Assembly (NCBI RefSeq): GCF_006345805.1 | Contig: NC_042997.1 | Span: forward strand, 130,634,001 to 130,698,000 | Direction of reading: 5' to 3' | Source: Octopus sinensis | Taxonomy: Eukaryota | DNA length: 64,000 bases | Shown: positions 1 to 11,359 of the stretch, one piece after another | Layout: each line of letters starts with the position of its first letter | Numbering within the stretch: position 1 is the first letter of the stretch | The notes under the pieces: model-generated | What the model was told of the DNA's origin: nothing | Databases searched by the model: none | Seen by the model: only the letters and a program-made list of their open reading frames with translations | Position numbers and translations under genes: made by a program

Positions 1-435
1 CTCTGAAATATTTAATCTCCTGGGATCCTACTGCATCAGAGTATCTCTTACTCTTGATAATCTCATCGAAAACAATGGTGCTGCTCCTGATTTAGCAAAG
101 CCCTCAAACTTATCTGACTTATTAATTCCTTCGTTAACTTCCTTACCAATCATCTCTTAATAGGAAGGTTTCTTGTAGAATCAGTCAGTTACATCAAGCA
201 TCAATAACACTCTCTCTTCCCATATTTTATTAACCAGGGTCTCAAGTTTATTTCTCATAATTTACTTCTGTACATTAATAGCATTCTCACTTCTACTTCT
301 AACAACTCACACTCCTATGAAGATAACAAGCTTTCATTTATTATTTTCCCACATAGTCATTATCCTTAAATCCTTAAAAATGTTTCAGCCCAAAAGCTGC
401 GGCCATGCTGGGGCACCACCGTTGAATGAGCTACA

Positions 436-660
436 CTAGTATGTGAATCCACCTTTGATACGTGGCACTTGATCAACAAGGGAGTTCGATGCCGCTGCCT
501 GCGTCTGTGTTTCCTGCCGAGAGGTAGGTTCATCTGGAACCCCTGACAAGAAGAGATCCAGTTTAGTTTCAAAGAAACCCAAGAGATCCATATACAATCT
601 CGACATTTCATGGAAGACCAACACTGCTTCTATGAACAGTGATCTTGAAAGCATTCTCCA
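436..660 (-). mobile_element. LINE 3-prime end relic (CR1/L2/Jockey-group C-terminus)
   Basis: Translation FETKLDLFLSGVPDEPT...AAASNSLVDQ matches the recognisable F-K-x-K-LD-x-FL-xx-VPDEP...SNSL C-terminus of invertebrate APE-type LINE ORF2; recognised from memory. Confidence 0.6.
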
Positions 661-1323
661 ATAGAGTTACGACAATCTTGCCTTCTTTAGCAGCACTAAA
701 GCTCTAACTGTAAACATATCAAGGAACTCAACCATCTCTAGTCATGTACAACACAACTAAAATCTTGAGAATTTATACAAATGCCAAGTTCCACAGAATC
801 TAATGATTTTTAATAGTGACTTCACGTACATAACATTGCCAACATTTAAATGCTACAGACTAGGTAACCTCTTCCAAACTATAATTTAGTTTGATTAATA
901 TAATCATGTGAATGACCAACATGATAACGAGGCTCACATATATGGAATTTTGCAGTTGCTGCTTCAACACAGAAGTATTTTAGACTGTATTAAAAATAGG
1001 CCATTAAGCTGAATAGGGAAAATTTGCAGACAAACCACAATCACTAATCTACAGACATTCTGTTTCTATTTCCTGTTTACTCTCTCATTACTATAATGCC
1101 TTCCACTCCTATAAACTATAAAACTTGCTCACTATTTTCCCCACCCCCCACTTAATATTCCTTCAGCCTTACCCCTGCCAAACACAACATGAGACACTTT
1201 GGTTATTTAACCCTATTGTGTCCATATTTCTGTTGAAATAAACAGTCTTTGTTTCAATAAATTATTAAAATAATAAAGAATTTATTAAAATAACTGTCAT
1301 TTATAAGCTTGTTTGGAACATAA

Positions 1324-1733
1324 GGCGGCGAGCTAGCAGACACACTAGCGCATCGGGCGAAATGCTTAGCAGTATTTCATCTGTCGTTACGTTCAGAGTT
1401 CAAATTGTGGTCGACTTTGCCTTTCATCCTTTCGGGGTCAATAAATAAAGTACCAGTTTCGCACTGAGGTTGATGTAATCAACTTAATCCGTTTGTCTGT
1501 CCTTGTTTGTCCCCTCTGTGTTTAGCCCTTTGTGAGTAGTAAAGAAAGAGGTATTTCGTCTGCTGCTATGTTCTGAGTTCAAATTCCGCAGAGGTCAACT
1601 TTGCCTTTCATCCTTTCAGGGTCGATAAATAAAGTACCAGTTTCGCACTGGGGTCGATATAATCAACTTAATCCCTTTGTCTGTCCTTGTTTGTCCCCTC
1701 TATGTTTAGCCCCTTGTGGGCAATAAAGAAATA
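1324..1733 (+). mobile_element. tRNA-derived SINE (family 1), head-to-tail 1.8-mer with 22-bp target-site duplication
   Basis: Head ggcggcgagctagcaga with B-box-like gagttcaaatt. A second unit restarts at aggtatttcgtc (~1550). Flanks tataagcttgtttggaacataa (1302-1323) and tataagtttgcttggaacataa (1734-1755) match at 20/22. Confidence 0.85.
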
Positions 1734-2059
1734 TATAAGTTTGCTTGGAACATAAATTATCATGCAATTCTGATGGAAAATTTTAAGATCATTTTAAAAC
1801 AAAGAGTTTGTATCATGGAACCAGGTATGGTTTCTGGCAAGTTGATATCAATAGAATTAAACTTGTCACTGCATATTTTACCTAATAAGCAACAACCTAC
1901 AAAAATTTAATGTTACATAATCATATCAACTCCACTGGTCTAGGAAGATCTGTGAAAGTCACATAATATGACTTCCACTAGAAAGTATTTCAGTGGCTGA
2001 CGTACTTAGCCTTAAAGTGTTCCAGTCATTTAGTGATGAGAAAAGATTAAAAAAAGTCT

Positions 2060-2400
2060 CCTGCTGTGTGGTTAAGAAGCTTGCCTTGGAACCATGTACT
2101 TCTGGGTTCAGTCTCACTGTGTAGCACTTTGGACAAGTGTCTTCTACTGGGTTGACCGGTGCCTTGCATGTGAATTTAGTAGATGGAAACACTGTGTGTG
2201 GCAGCTCATTGTGTGTGTGTGTTTGTCCCTCCTTCATTTCTTGTCTACCAGCGATGGTTTGTTTACATTCCCATACCATGATGATTCAGCAAAAGAGACC
2301 AACAAAATAAGCACCAGACTGAAAAAAATAAGCATGGGGGTATAACCCTCATGGTTGTGCCCCAGCATGGCCACAGTCCAATGACTAAAACAAGTTAAAA
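2060..2400 (+). mobile_element. tRNA-derived SINE (family 2)
   Basis: gctgtgtggttaagaagcttgc...gggttcagtctcactg head, CA/GT tract and cagcatggccacagtccaatgactaaaacaag tail, all shared with many copies in the window. Confidence 0.75.
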
Positions 2401-2994
2401 GATATGAGAACGCAATTAGCATGCTGCATTCTGGAAAGAACAAATGCAAGTCTCTGCATACATGATGGATAACATTACATTGATGTTTGATCAATGGCGT
2501 TCTCATCTGTGTTTCTGTGATATGGCTAAAGCTGATATGGTTTTGTGTATTCTCAGATGAGCTGCAAACAGCAACAGCAACGAAGGAGCCTTTAAAAAGT
2601 CACTCAATTTGTTAAAAATAGCAGCCAAATCTCCCACAAATTACATATTATTGTCAATAACACTGAAAGGGTACATTAGACAATGCATTCCTTTCATTTT
2701 CCTCTAGAAACAGCATTTGATTTTAACCTTTAGCTAGGAAGAAGGTAGTGGCCATCCCCTTTATAGGGTCTCAAACAATGGAAAGAAGGGAGGCAGGTAG
2801 ATTTATTCACACAGGGTTAACCTGAGTCTGAAAAGTAATGTAGCTAGGGTAGTCCATCCTGGGTGCTACTTCTATGGAGGCAGTACTCTTAGGTCTGCTG
2901 TAGAAGTTTGTATTGGGGGCTGAAGAGCAGATGGGGCAGAAAACTAAAGGGCAGCTCCAGGGAGCAAACACTCTGGTTATGCCACTGGATCTAA

Positions 2995-3064
2995 GCATCA
3001 TCATCATCACCACCACCACCACCATCATCATCACCACCACCACCATCACCACCAGCAGCAGCAG

Positions 3065-3108
<44 letters not shown>

Positions 3109-3187
3109 CCACTATCACTACCACCACCACCACCACCACCACCACAACCACCACCATCATCATCACCACCACCACCACCACACCACC

Positions 3188-3218
<31 letters not shown>

Positions 3219-3375
3219 CCACCATCACCACCACCACCACCACCACAACCACCACCATCATCATCACCACCACCACCACCACCACCATCATCATCAACAA
3301 CAACAACAACAGCAGCAGCAGCAGCAACAAAACAACAGCAGCGGTGGCGACGACGACAACAACTACTACCACCAT
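2995..3375. repeat. Compound trinucleotide microsatellite (CAT/CAC/CAG/CAA)n
   Basis: About 380 bp of interleaved atc/acc/agc/aac runs; source of the poly-T/P/V/G ORFs in the track. Confidence 0.95.
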
Positions 3376-3452
3376 CATGTACCAATATAATATATTTACT
3401 AAATGAATATATTTACTAAATGCAAACACAAAACTCATATGTACAAATGCAT

Positions 3453-3458
3453 TTTATT
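3453..3458 (-). terminator. Candidate polyadenylation signal (AATAAA) of the RGS-like gene
   Basis: AATAAA on the minus strand about 150 nt after the stop codon at 3610-3612. Confidence 0.45.
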
Positions 3459-3609
3459 TCAGTAGCGTGACACATCTGAACTTTTGTTTTAAGTTGGTCT
3501 GATGTAAATCCAAGATGTGAATGTGGTTCAGAAATAAATGTGAAAAGAAAAAAAAAACCCAGAAAAAAACAGAAAAAAAAGTCACAATATCTTGGCTATG
3601 TTTAAAAGA

Positions 3610-3734
3610 TTATAGAATATAAGATGGAGAGCTTCCATGTTGCTTTCGTGTTGATTTGTCATGTTCCACTTCACAAGCATGTGAACTCCAAGTCTTAGGC
3701 ACTCCTAAGCATACAGACCATGCATTGCGACCGG
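3610..3734 (-). CDS. RGS-domain protein, terminal coding exon
   Basis: Acceptor ttgattcttttctttcattcctag. Only one frame is open: (T)GRNAWSVCLGVPKTWSSHACEVEHDKSTRKQHGSSPSYIL*. Phase 1 matches the donor at 9419 (A+CC=Thr). Confidence 0.75.
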
Positions 3735-4149
3735 CTAGGAATGAAAGAAAAGAATCAAATTAGAAAAACATGAAATTATAATTGCTTCTTGTTTCTTTAT
3801 TCATGTAACAGTCACATGACATGGTTTTATTTTCCACACTATTTTTGTATAATAGAATATCTCTTTATCTTTTACTTGTTCCAGTCAATGGTTGGTGGTC
3901 AGGCTAGAGCACCACCTTGAAGGGTTTGGTGATGAAATTGATTCCAGTACTTAATCTATCAGTCTCTTTTGCCAAAACAGTTAAGTTATAGGGACATAAA
4001 CAAACCATGACCAGTTGATAAGTGATGGGGAAACAGAAAGACACACACATACATACATATTATATATATGTGTGTGTATATATATATAGTATATGGTTCC
4101 GTGATGGTAAGATCAATCAATAAAAAAGGTACTCCATCTGGTGAGAGGT

Positions 4150-4632
4150 AATATTATTTAATAAACACAATTTATGTTCTTATGTGCTACTATCATGTTC
4201 ATGTAATGATAACATGCCAAACTGTTTTATAACACATCTGGTGCCCTAGTACAATCATCAGACACTGCCCACATGACATAACAAACAAAAAAACTGGGAT
4301 GAGAGAAAAAGAGAGAAAAAAGTATAAAAGGTGGAGGGAAGAAAAACCAGAAAATGAAAAAGAAATCAGAAAGAAGCAAAAGGGTAATTTTGCTTCTTTC
4401 TAATTTCTTTTTCATTTCCTGGTTTTTCAACCTTCCTCCTTTCATGTATACTTCTTTCTCACCTTTTCTCACTTTTTCTCTCATCCCACTTTTTTGTTTG
4501 TTATGTCATGTGGGCAGTATCTGATGATTTTGCTAGGACACTAGATGGGTTATAAAACACTGTTTGGCATGTTATTAGCACATGAAACTGATAGTAGCAC
4601 ATAAAGCATATATTGTGTTTATTAAACAATAT
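4150..4632. repeat. About 480-bp imperfect fold-back palindrome
   Basis: 4150-4381 is the reverse complement of 4388-4632 (e.g. cagacactgcccacatgacataacaaac / gtttgttatgtcatgtgggcagtatctg); 6-nt loop gggtaa at 4382-4387. Confidence 0.9.
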
Positions 4633-4827
4633 ATATATATGCATATAGGTGGGCAATTTAAACTGGTCGTGTGCATACGTGCATACATATGTATGTATAC
4701 ATTTGTATATGTAAGTATTCATATGTTGTGTATATATATATATATATATATACCAGGTGGTGCTATTAAGTTAGACATGGCCTGGGCCAATAATGGCCGA
4801 AACCTATCAAAGTATCAAAGTATCAAA

Positions 4828-4868
<41 letters not shown>

Positions 4869-4907
4869 AAATTTATCTATACAATATGTTACATTACTCG
4901 GTAGTCA

Positions 4908-4970
4908 AGATAAAACTCTGAGTTTCAGATGCCGAAGTGGAAATCCACAACACCACCTCTTCAGTTATCT
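4908..4970 (-). ncRNA. Type I hammerhead ribozyme motif (core intact) in inverted pLTR
   Basis: Minus strand reads AGATAA-CTGAAGA-GGTG[..GTGG attt CCAC..]CATC-t-GAA-ACTC a GAGT-T-TTATCT: 6-bp stem I, CUGANGA core, stem II, GAAA, palindromic stem III, GUU cleavage triplet. Confidence 0.7.
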
Positions 4971-5181
4971 GGCTATTTGAAAACGTTATGAAAAAATACC
5001 GTTAAATAAAGGGAAATTACTGTTATAACTCTGCTTGCCTGTGTACTTATACATCGCTCGCATTTTTTGTCATAAAAATTATATAAAAATACATAAAAAA
5101 TATATAAAAAATATATAAAAATATATAAATTCTTTTTGGGACATAACATAGAAAGCATGTTCTATCTGTTTTCTTTAGGGG

Positions 5182-6969
5182 ATAAAACCAAGAACTTATA
5201 CCTGGTAGATAACAGCAAATACACACAACTCTTACACAACAGCATCATTAATAATTATACTAAGGCTAGGGCACAGACATATAACGAAATTAATAAAGAA
5301 GCTAGCGTCATCGCCGCTAAACTTAAATTAGATAAAAAAATAGAAGCCCTCCCCCAAAAAGAGGCCTTTATTACTATTAAAGATCATAAAGAAAACTTCC
5401 TTTCCAACCCTAAATGTAGGCTTATCAACCCAGCCAAGTCAGAACTTGGGATTATTAGCAAAGAAATTTTAGATAAAATAAATACGAAAATTAAGACTGA
5501 TACTAGGCTAGTACAATGGTCCAATAGTATAGAAGTCGTAGACTGGTTTAAAGCTATTAAGAATAAGAAAAAAGCGTGGTTTACACAATTCGATATTGTT
5601 GATTTTTATGCCTCTATCTCTAAAGAACTGCTAGATAAAGCCCTCATCTTCGCTAGTGACTTCATAGAAATTAGTACCAATGATAAGGACATAATCTTCC
5701 ATGCTAGAAAGACATTACTTTTTAGTGAGAACGCAAAGTGGGTAAAAAACACCGACACAGAGGGCGCTTTCGATGTGAGCATGGGTTCATATGATGGGGC
5801 AGGCATCTGTGATCTAATTGGACTTTTTCTCCTAGATACCTTAGGTAAGACATTCCCTAACGTACATTTCGCCATCTACAAAGATGATGCCCTCGCCTTA
5901 ACAGCTAATACAAATGGACCAGCACAAGATCGTTTTAGGAAGGATATTATCCAGTTAATGAAACACTTTGGACTTAGTAATAACTATAGATACTAACCTG
6001 ACGGTTGTCAATTTCTTAGACGTTTCCTTAGATCTTAATAAGAATATTTATAAGCCTTATAGGAAGCCCAATGATAGACTAAGTTATATTAATGTAGGTT
6101 CATGCCATCCCCCTATAGTATTCAAAAATTTAGTTAAAAATATTAGTAAGAGGATTTCTAGCCTCTCATCTGATGAGGACATCTTCAATAGTGTTGCCCC
6201 AGTTTATAATAAGGCTTTAAAAGATAGTGGTTTTAGCGATAAAATAAAATATACACCTATCACTAGCCCAACAGTAAGGAAAAGGAATAATAGAAATAGG
6301 AAGGTCATCTGGTTTACGCCCCCTTACTCACCCGAGGTGGCCTTCAATATAGGTAAATATTTCCTAGCACTGATAGATAGACATTTTCCAGTTAACCATA
6401 CTTATAGGAAACTCTTCAATAGACACAATTTAAAAATTAGCTTTAGTTCAACTACCAATTTTAAAAACATAATCAAACATAACATACAAAAAACACAAGA
6501 AGAAAACAGCTGTTCATGCAGGAATAAAGAATTGTGCCTGCTAAATGGAGCTTGCATGTCCAAGACCATCATATATGAAGCTACTGTAAACTCTATAACC
6601 ACTAAAGACACCGTTTCGACGAAGAAATACGTGGGCCTTACAGAGGGTAATTTCAAGGCCAGGTTCAATAACCACACTTTGAGCTTTAGGCACTGGAACA
6701 AAAGAAAAGCGACACAATTGTCTAATCATATTTGGTCTTTAAGAGATAAAGGTGTCGATTATAACATACAATGGAAGATTTTGGCCAGATGTAAGCCCTA
6801 TACTAACGGCAGCGGAAGGTGCGGTCTATGCGACATGGAGAGATGGCTTATCTGGAAAAGCAGCTTAGACCCTACTACATGTCTAAATACAAGGACAGAG
6901 CTTTTCGGATCATGCCCACATGTGACTAAATTTCTGTTACGTTTTTGGTCCCTTAAAGAAAACAGATAG
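5182..6969 (+). CDS. PLE reverse transcriptase + C-terminal GIY-YIG endonuclease (one frameshift near 5977)
   Basis: RT motifs KCRLINP, QFDIVDFYASI, SMGSYDGA, AIYKDDAL. Linker C-x-C-x5-C-x5-C, then IIYEATV...KYVGLTEGNFKARFNNH and CGLC..E. The two track ORFs join by a single frameshift. The track start MGHNIES is antisense pLTR sequence, not a real start. Confidence 0.9.
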
Positions 6970-7161
6970 AACATGCTTTCTATGTTATGTCCCAAAAAGA
7001 ATTTATATATTTTTATATATTTTTTATATATTTTTATGTATTTTTATATAATTTTTATGACGAAAAATGCGAGTGATGTATAAGTACGCAGGCAAGCAGA
7101 GTTATAACAGAGTAATTTCCCTTTATTTAACGGTATTTTTTCATAACGTTTTCAAATAGCC

Positions 7162-7224
7162 AGATAACCGAAGAGATGGTGTTGTGGATTTCCACTTCGG
7201 CATCTGAAACTCAGAGTTTTATCT
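7162..7224 (+). ncRNA. Hammerhead ribozyme motif in 3-prime pLTR (core U4>C variant)
   Basis: AGATAA-CCGAAGA-GATG...CATC-t-GAAACTCAGAGTT-TTATCT; same fold as 4908-4970 but CCGAAGA replaces CUGAAGA. Confidence 0.6.
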
Positions 7225-7320
7225 TGACTACCGAGTAATGTAACATATTGTATAGATAAATTTCCTCTATTTACATAATATTGAGGTCTCTTTCTTTCTT
7301 TTGTTATCTTACCGTTTTAT

Positions 7321-7369
<49 letters not shown>

Positions 7370-7701
7370 TATTTATGTGCTATCTGTGTATATTTCACTG
7401 ATGAAGGCAAAACATTTCTTATGCAGAGCCAGAAATCTGGGATCTGGAATTGTCCAGTAATATTTTTGCTAGTTTATTTTCTGTCTTTGTCTTCTCTCCT
7501 GGTGCTGTATGAACATTTAATATGGTTTCAGAGTCAAGTTTTGGCTGCTATTTCTAGCGTGGTGGTATCTCTTAAATACCCTTAATTATAATTTTAATAA
7601 TTAATCATTACCTTTGAGGTTTTCTTTCCCATGCTAGCCACCTGATAAGACCGGTATTTTAAATAACGATCTTATCCTTATTTATATAAATACATATATA
7701 C

Positions 7702-7753
<52 letters not shown>

Positions 7754-9418
7754 CCCAAGTTGACTAAAGCCTTGCAAGTGGATTTGGTAGACGGAAGCTG
7801 AAAGATGTTCATTATATATGTATGTATCTATGTATGTGTTCTTGTGTTTGTGTCTGTACCCCATATTGCTCGACAGGTGTTGGTTTGTCTACATCCTCTC
7901 GACTTAGTTTCAGAGAAAGAGACCAATAGAATAAGTACCAGACTAAATGAAAAATAATCTGTTCAACTACAACCCTTCAAAGTGGTGCCCCAGTATGGCC
8001 ACAATCCAATGATTAAAATAAGTAAGAGATGAAAGATAAAGATAAATTACAAGACAATGAGGAAACTTATATGTGATTGCTCAAACAGTTAAAACTAGCA
8101 GCCAAATCTCCCTCATTTCTCATCCTATTATGTTATCAAAAGACAGAAACATTGGATAATGTGTTTGGAAATGACTAGAATGTCCTTGGTCATTGTTTTC
8201 TAAACCAAAGCTGGTTCAAATGTGAACATGATAAATTAATGTTTCTTTTTTGCTTTATCTTTATTTTTCAGAGGTGCTGGTACCTTTCTGATTTGGCGCG
8301 CTCTAAGATGAGAAGGGTGATATATGATTTGGCCCTCTCTAAGATGAGAAGGGTATATTGACCATAAGGATGGATATAGTGGATAGAAGAGTGGATATAT
8401 TATGTTAGTGATGGGGGTGGATATATTGGTTGTTGGGTTAGGTCTTTTGGTGACAGGTATGTATATTGGCTACATGGGTGGATATCATCATCATCATCAT
8501 CATCATTTGATGTCTGCTTTCTATGCTGACATGGGTTGAACATATCGGCGATAAAAGTGGATATACTGCTATTAAGAGTGGTGATGAAGTTAAAAGATGT
8601 ATTTTGGTGATAGTGCAGATATATTGATAGAGAAAGGTATTGTTAGTGACAAGGGTAGCTATCTTTGATGACTAGAGTAGATATATTGTTGATAGGAGAA
8701 GATATATTAATGACAGGGATGGATATAAAGAAGAGAGTTGTGTTTAAATCTGATATAAATTAAAAAAGTGATGATGGTGGTGGTAGGAGGAGTAAGATGT
8801 TTATGGTTGCTGACACAGATTCTGCATTTTTTCAATTTTGTTCAAATTTGGTATACAGATTTAGTTTTGTATACTAATTATGAAAATAGAATTCATTTTT
8901 GTTATAAATTAATAAACAAAAAGTTAATTCCCCTTAAATTTCGCAAATTTGGGGTAATTTTAGCCAATCAAAAGTCACTGTTATGTACATGACTGTAAAT
9001 ATCATATTGGTATCTGTTTCCATAATAACAAGCAAAGCTGTTGTCTGACGCCTTCACCACGGGAATAACATCCTCAAGTTATGTTCCTCTGTTATTTCTG
9101 TCTGTCATTTTGTGACAAACTGCTATAATGCAGAAAATGCCAGCTTCCAAATCCTGTTTTCTGATTAGACAGAAAATTATCAAATTTTGAACCTCTGTAA
9201 CACTTTCTGGAAATAAATGTATCTTTCTGGAAATAGCATCTTTCTGGAAAAGTTTCTTTTTGGAAATAAATGTATTCTAAATTCAGATTCAGTGAGAATA
9301 ATGACACCAGACATAACAAATTTGAAAATTTTCACTTAATTTTAAAATTTCCAAGTTTGTGACAACAATCAAAAAGATTTGGGGAGAGGAGGAGGAAAAG
9401 GGAAAGAGAATTACTTAC

Positions 9419-9558
9419 TGCCTTCCATGAATGAAGAAAGATCATTTTTACCAAGTATGTTATGTCTTGTAATGTCACTTTGAATTACTTTTAGCCTTAA
9501 TTTCACTTTTGCTTTAAATTTTTCTCTTCCACCACATGCATTTTGTTCTAGATGCATG
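9419..9558 (-). CDS. RGS-domain protein, coding exon (140 nt, phase 2 to 1)
   Basis: Acceptor tgttttgtggtatctttacag, donor gtaagt; single open frame MHLEQNACGGREKFKAKVKLRLKVIQSDITRHNILGKNDLSSFMEG. Confidence 0.8.
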
Positions 9559-9823
9559 CTGTAAAGATACCACAAAACATTTCCATAAAAACATAAATTT
9601 AGGAATAATTGTTTCAAACTTTGGCAAAAGGCCAGTAATTTTAGGGATAGTGGTTAGTTGATTACGTTGACCCCAGTGCTCAGCTGATACTTATTATATC
9701 AACCCTGAAAGGATGAATGACAAAGCCAGACTTGACAGCATTTGAACTCAGAATTTAAAGCTGGGCACTGAGCATTTTGCTTGGCATGCTAATATGCCAG
9801 TTTGCCACCTTAAAATTCAGGAG

Positions 9824-9858
9824 TAATAATAATAATAATAATAATAATAGTAATAGTA

Positions 9859-9909
<51 letters not shown>
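9824..9909. repeat. (TAA)n microsatellite, left flank of Dong/R4-like insertion
   Basis: About 28 TAA/TAG units directly abutting the RLE ORF. Confidence 0.95.
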
Positions 9910-9910
<1 letters not shown>

Positions 9911-10889
9911 TAAATATTCTGAATGATAAATGGCAGGAAAAACCTCTCTATGGCAAATACCCAAAGAGAGCGAACAATGCAGATGTTGACAAAGCCCTGA
10001 CCCATCAATGGTTAATGGCCTCTGGCTTAAAATCTGAAACAGAAGGGTTTATCATAGCAGCTCAAGATCAATACCTACCAACAAGGAACTACCAGGCCAC
10101 CATATTAAAGAACGGCAGTAGCCCAACATGTCGTGTATGTCAACAACAAAATGAAACCATTGATTATGTTGTCTCCAAGTGCAGTCTTCTAGTGCCTACA
10201 GAGTATCTCAACAGGCATGATAGAGCTGCACAATATATTCACTGGGTAATCTGCAAAAACCTGGATTTGCCCCATGAAAAAAAGTGGTGGGAACACAAAC
10301 CACCCCCAGTGCTTGAAAATGACCACATCTCACTCCTCTGGAACTTCCCCATTCAAACTGAGAGAAAGATAGATGCAAATAGGCCAGACATCATATTGAA
10401 AGACTTCAGACAAAGAACATGCTTCCTCATTGATATGACTGTCCCAATCGATATAAACATATCTGTCAAGACCTACCAAAAACTGAGCAAATATAAAGAT
10501 CTTGAAATAGAAACAGCAAAATGTGGAACCTGAAGACTAAAACAATACCTGTTGTCATAGGTGCCCTGGGAATGATAGCAAAAGGGGCTGATTGCTACCT
10601 AACTCAGATACCAGGATACCCCAAAATGGCAGAAATTCAAAAGATAGTGCTCATAGGAACTGCTCATATCCTACGCAAAATACTTTCTATGTAATCTCAA
10701 GTTTTAAAACAAACATAATTTCCGTATGTTTTTTTTTTTAGACATTCACTAGTACAACACTAAATACAAAACCAAATATATGGCACACTAGGCATAACAA
10801 CAACACGAACTTCCAATTTGTTGTCTCTTGAGGTCTCTGGGTGAGACTTGGAGCCAACTTGTACAAATATAAAGCAAAAGTCAAACATA

Positions 10890-10890
<1 letters not shown>
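9910..10890 (+). mobile_element. 5-prime truncated R4/Dong-like non-LTR retrotransposon (restriction-like endonuclease domain + 3-prime UTR)
   Basis: Zn-knuckle-like CRVCQQQNETIDYVVSKC (His position is Tyr here), RHD, RPDII...LIDMTVP...KLSKYKDL. After a frameshift at ~10520: MWNLKTKTIPVVIGALG...RKILSM* (stop 10694). (TAA)n on both sides. Confidence 0.88.
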
Positions 10891-10938
<48 letters not shown>

Positions 10939-10975
10939 GATAATGATGTTGATGATGATGATGACGATGATGATA

Positions 10976-11016
<41 letters not shown>

Positions 11017-11359
11017 ATTTTGTCTTGGTGTAAAAGATAGGTTACAGTAAATATACTGCTCAATACCACAGGTTTGCTAGTCAGTTGTTTGCCCTTAACC
11101 AGTTGAGCATGTCCCAGTTTGACAATATGTGCATCTCTGATGTAGTGGGGGAAGCATCATAGCCATGTGTTTGAAAGGAACTTTTGGGGCTTTGAATAAT
11201 TCACATCTGGAAACGTGTGTTTTGTTCATCATCCTTAAACAAAGCTTATTCAGGGACCTTTTGAGTGGGAGGGGCTACATGACCAGAAGAAAATTTTAAC
11301 TGGGTGCCCCAGCTGCAAGGTCATATGTTGTTTATTTTGATATGAAATGACCATACATT

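Larger units (their letters stand above)
4867..7322 (+). mobile_element. Penelope-like retroelement, 5-prime truncated, with inverted pseudo-LTRs, inserted in (TA)n
   Basis: RT and GIY-YIG ORFs. 4867-5182 is the reverse complement of ~6949-7264. A unique ~60-nt tail (7265-7322) follows, and (TA)n flanks both sides. Confidence 0.92.

Noticed and set aside
2807-3438. Long poly-V/G/T/P ORFs (similar ones at 14611-14947, 22677-23196 and 62381-62728)
   Set aside because: These are stop-free translations of microsatellites, with no splice or domain support.
5136-5181. ATG start MGHNIESMFYLFSL of the track ORF (mirrored at 6798-6995)
   Set aside because: It derives from the inverted pLTR copy; the real element is 5-prime truncated at ~5182.
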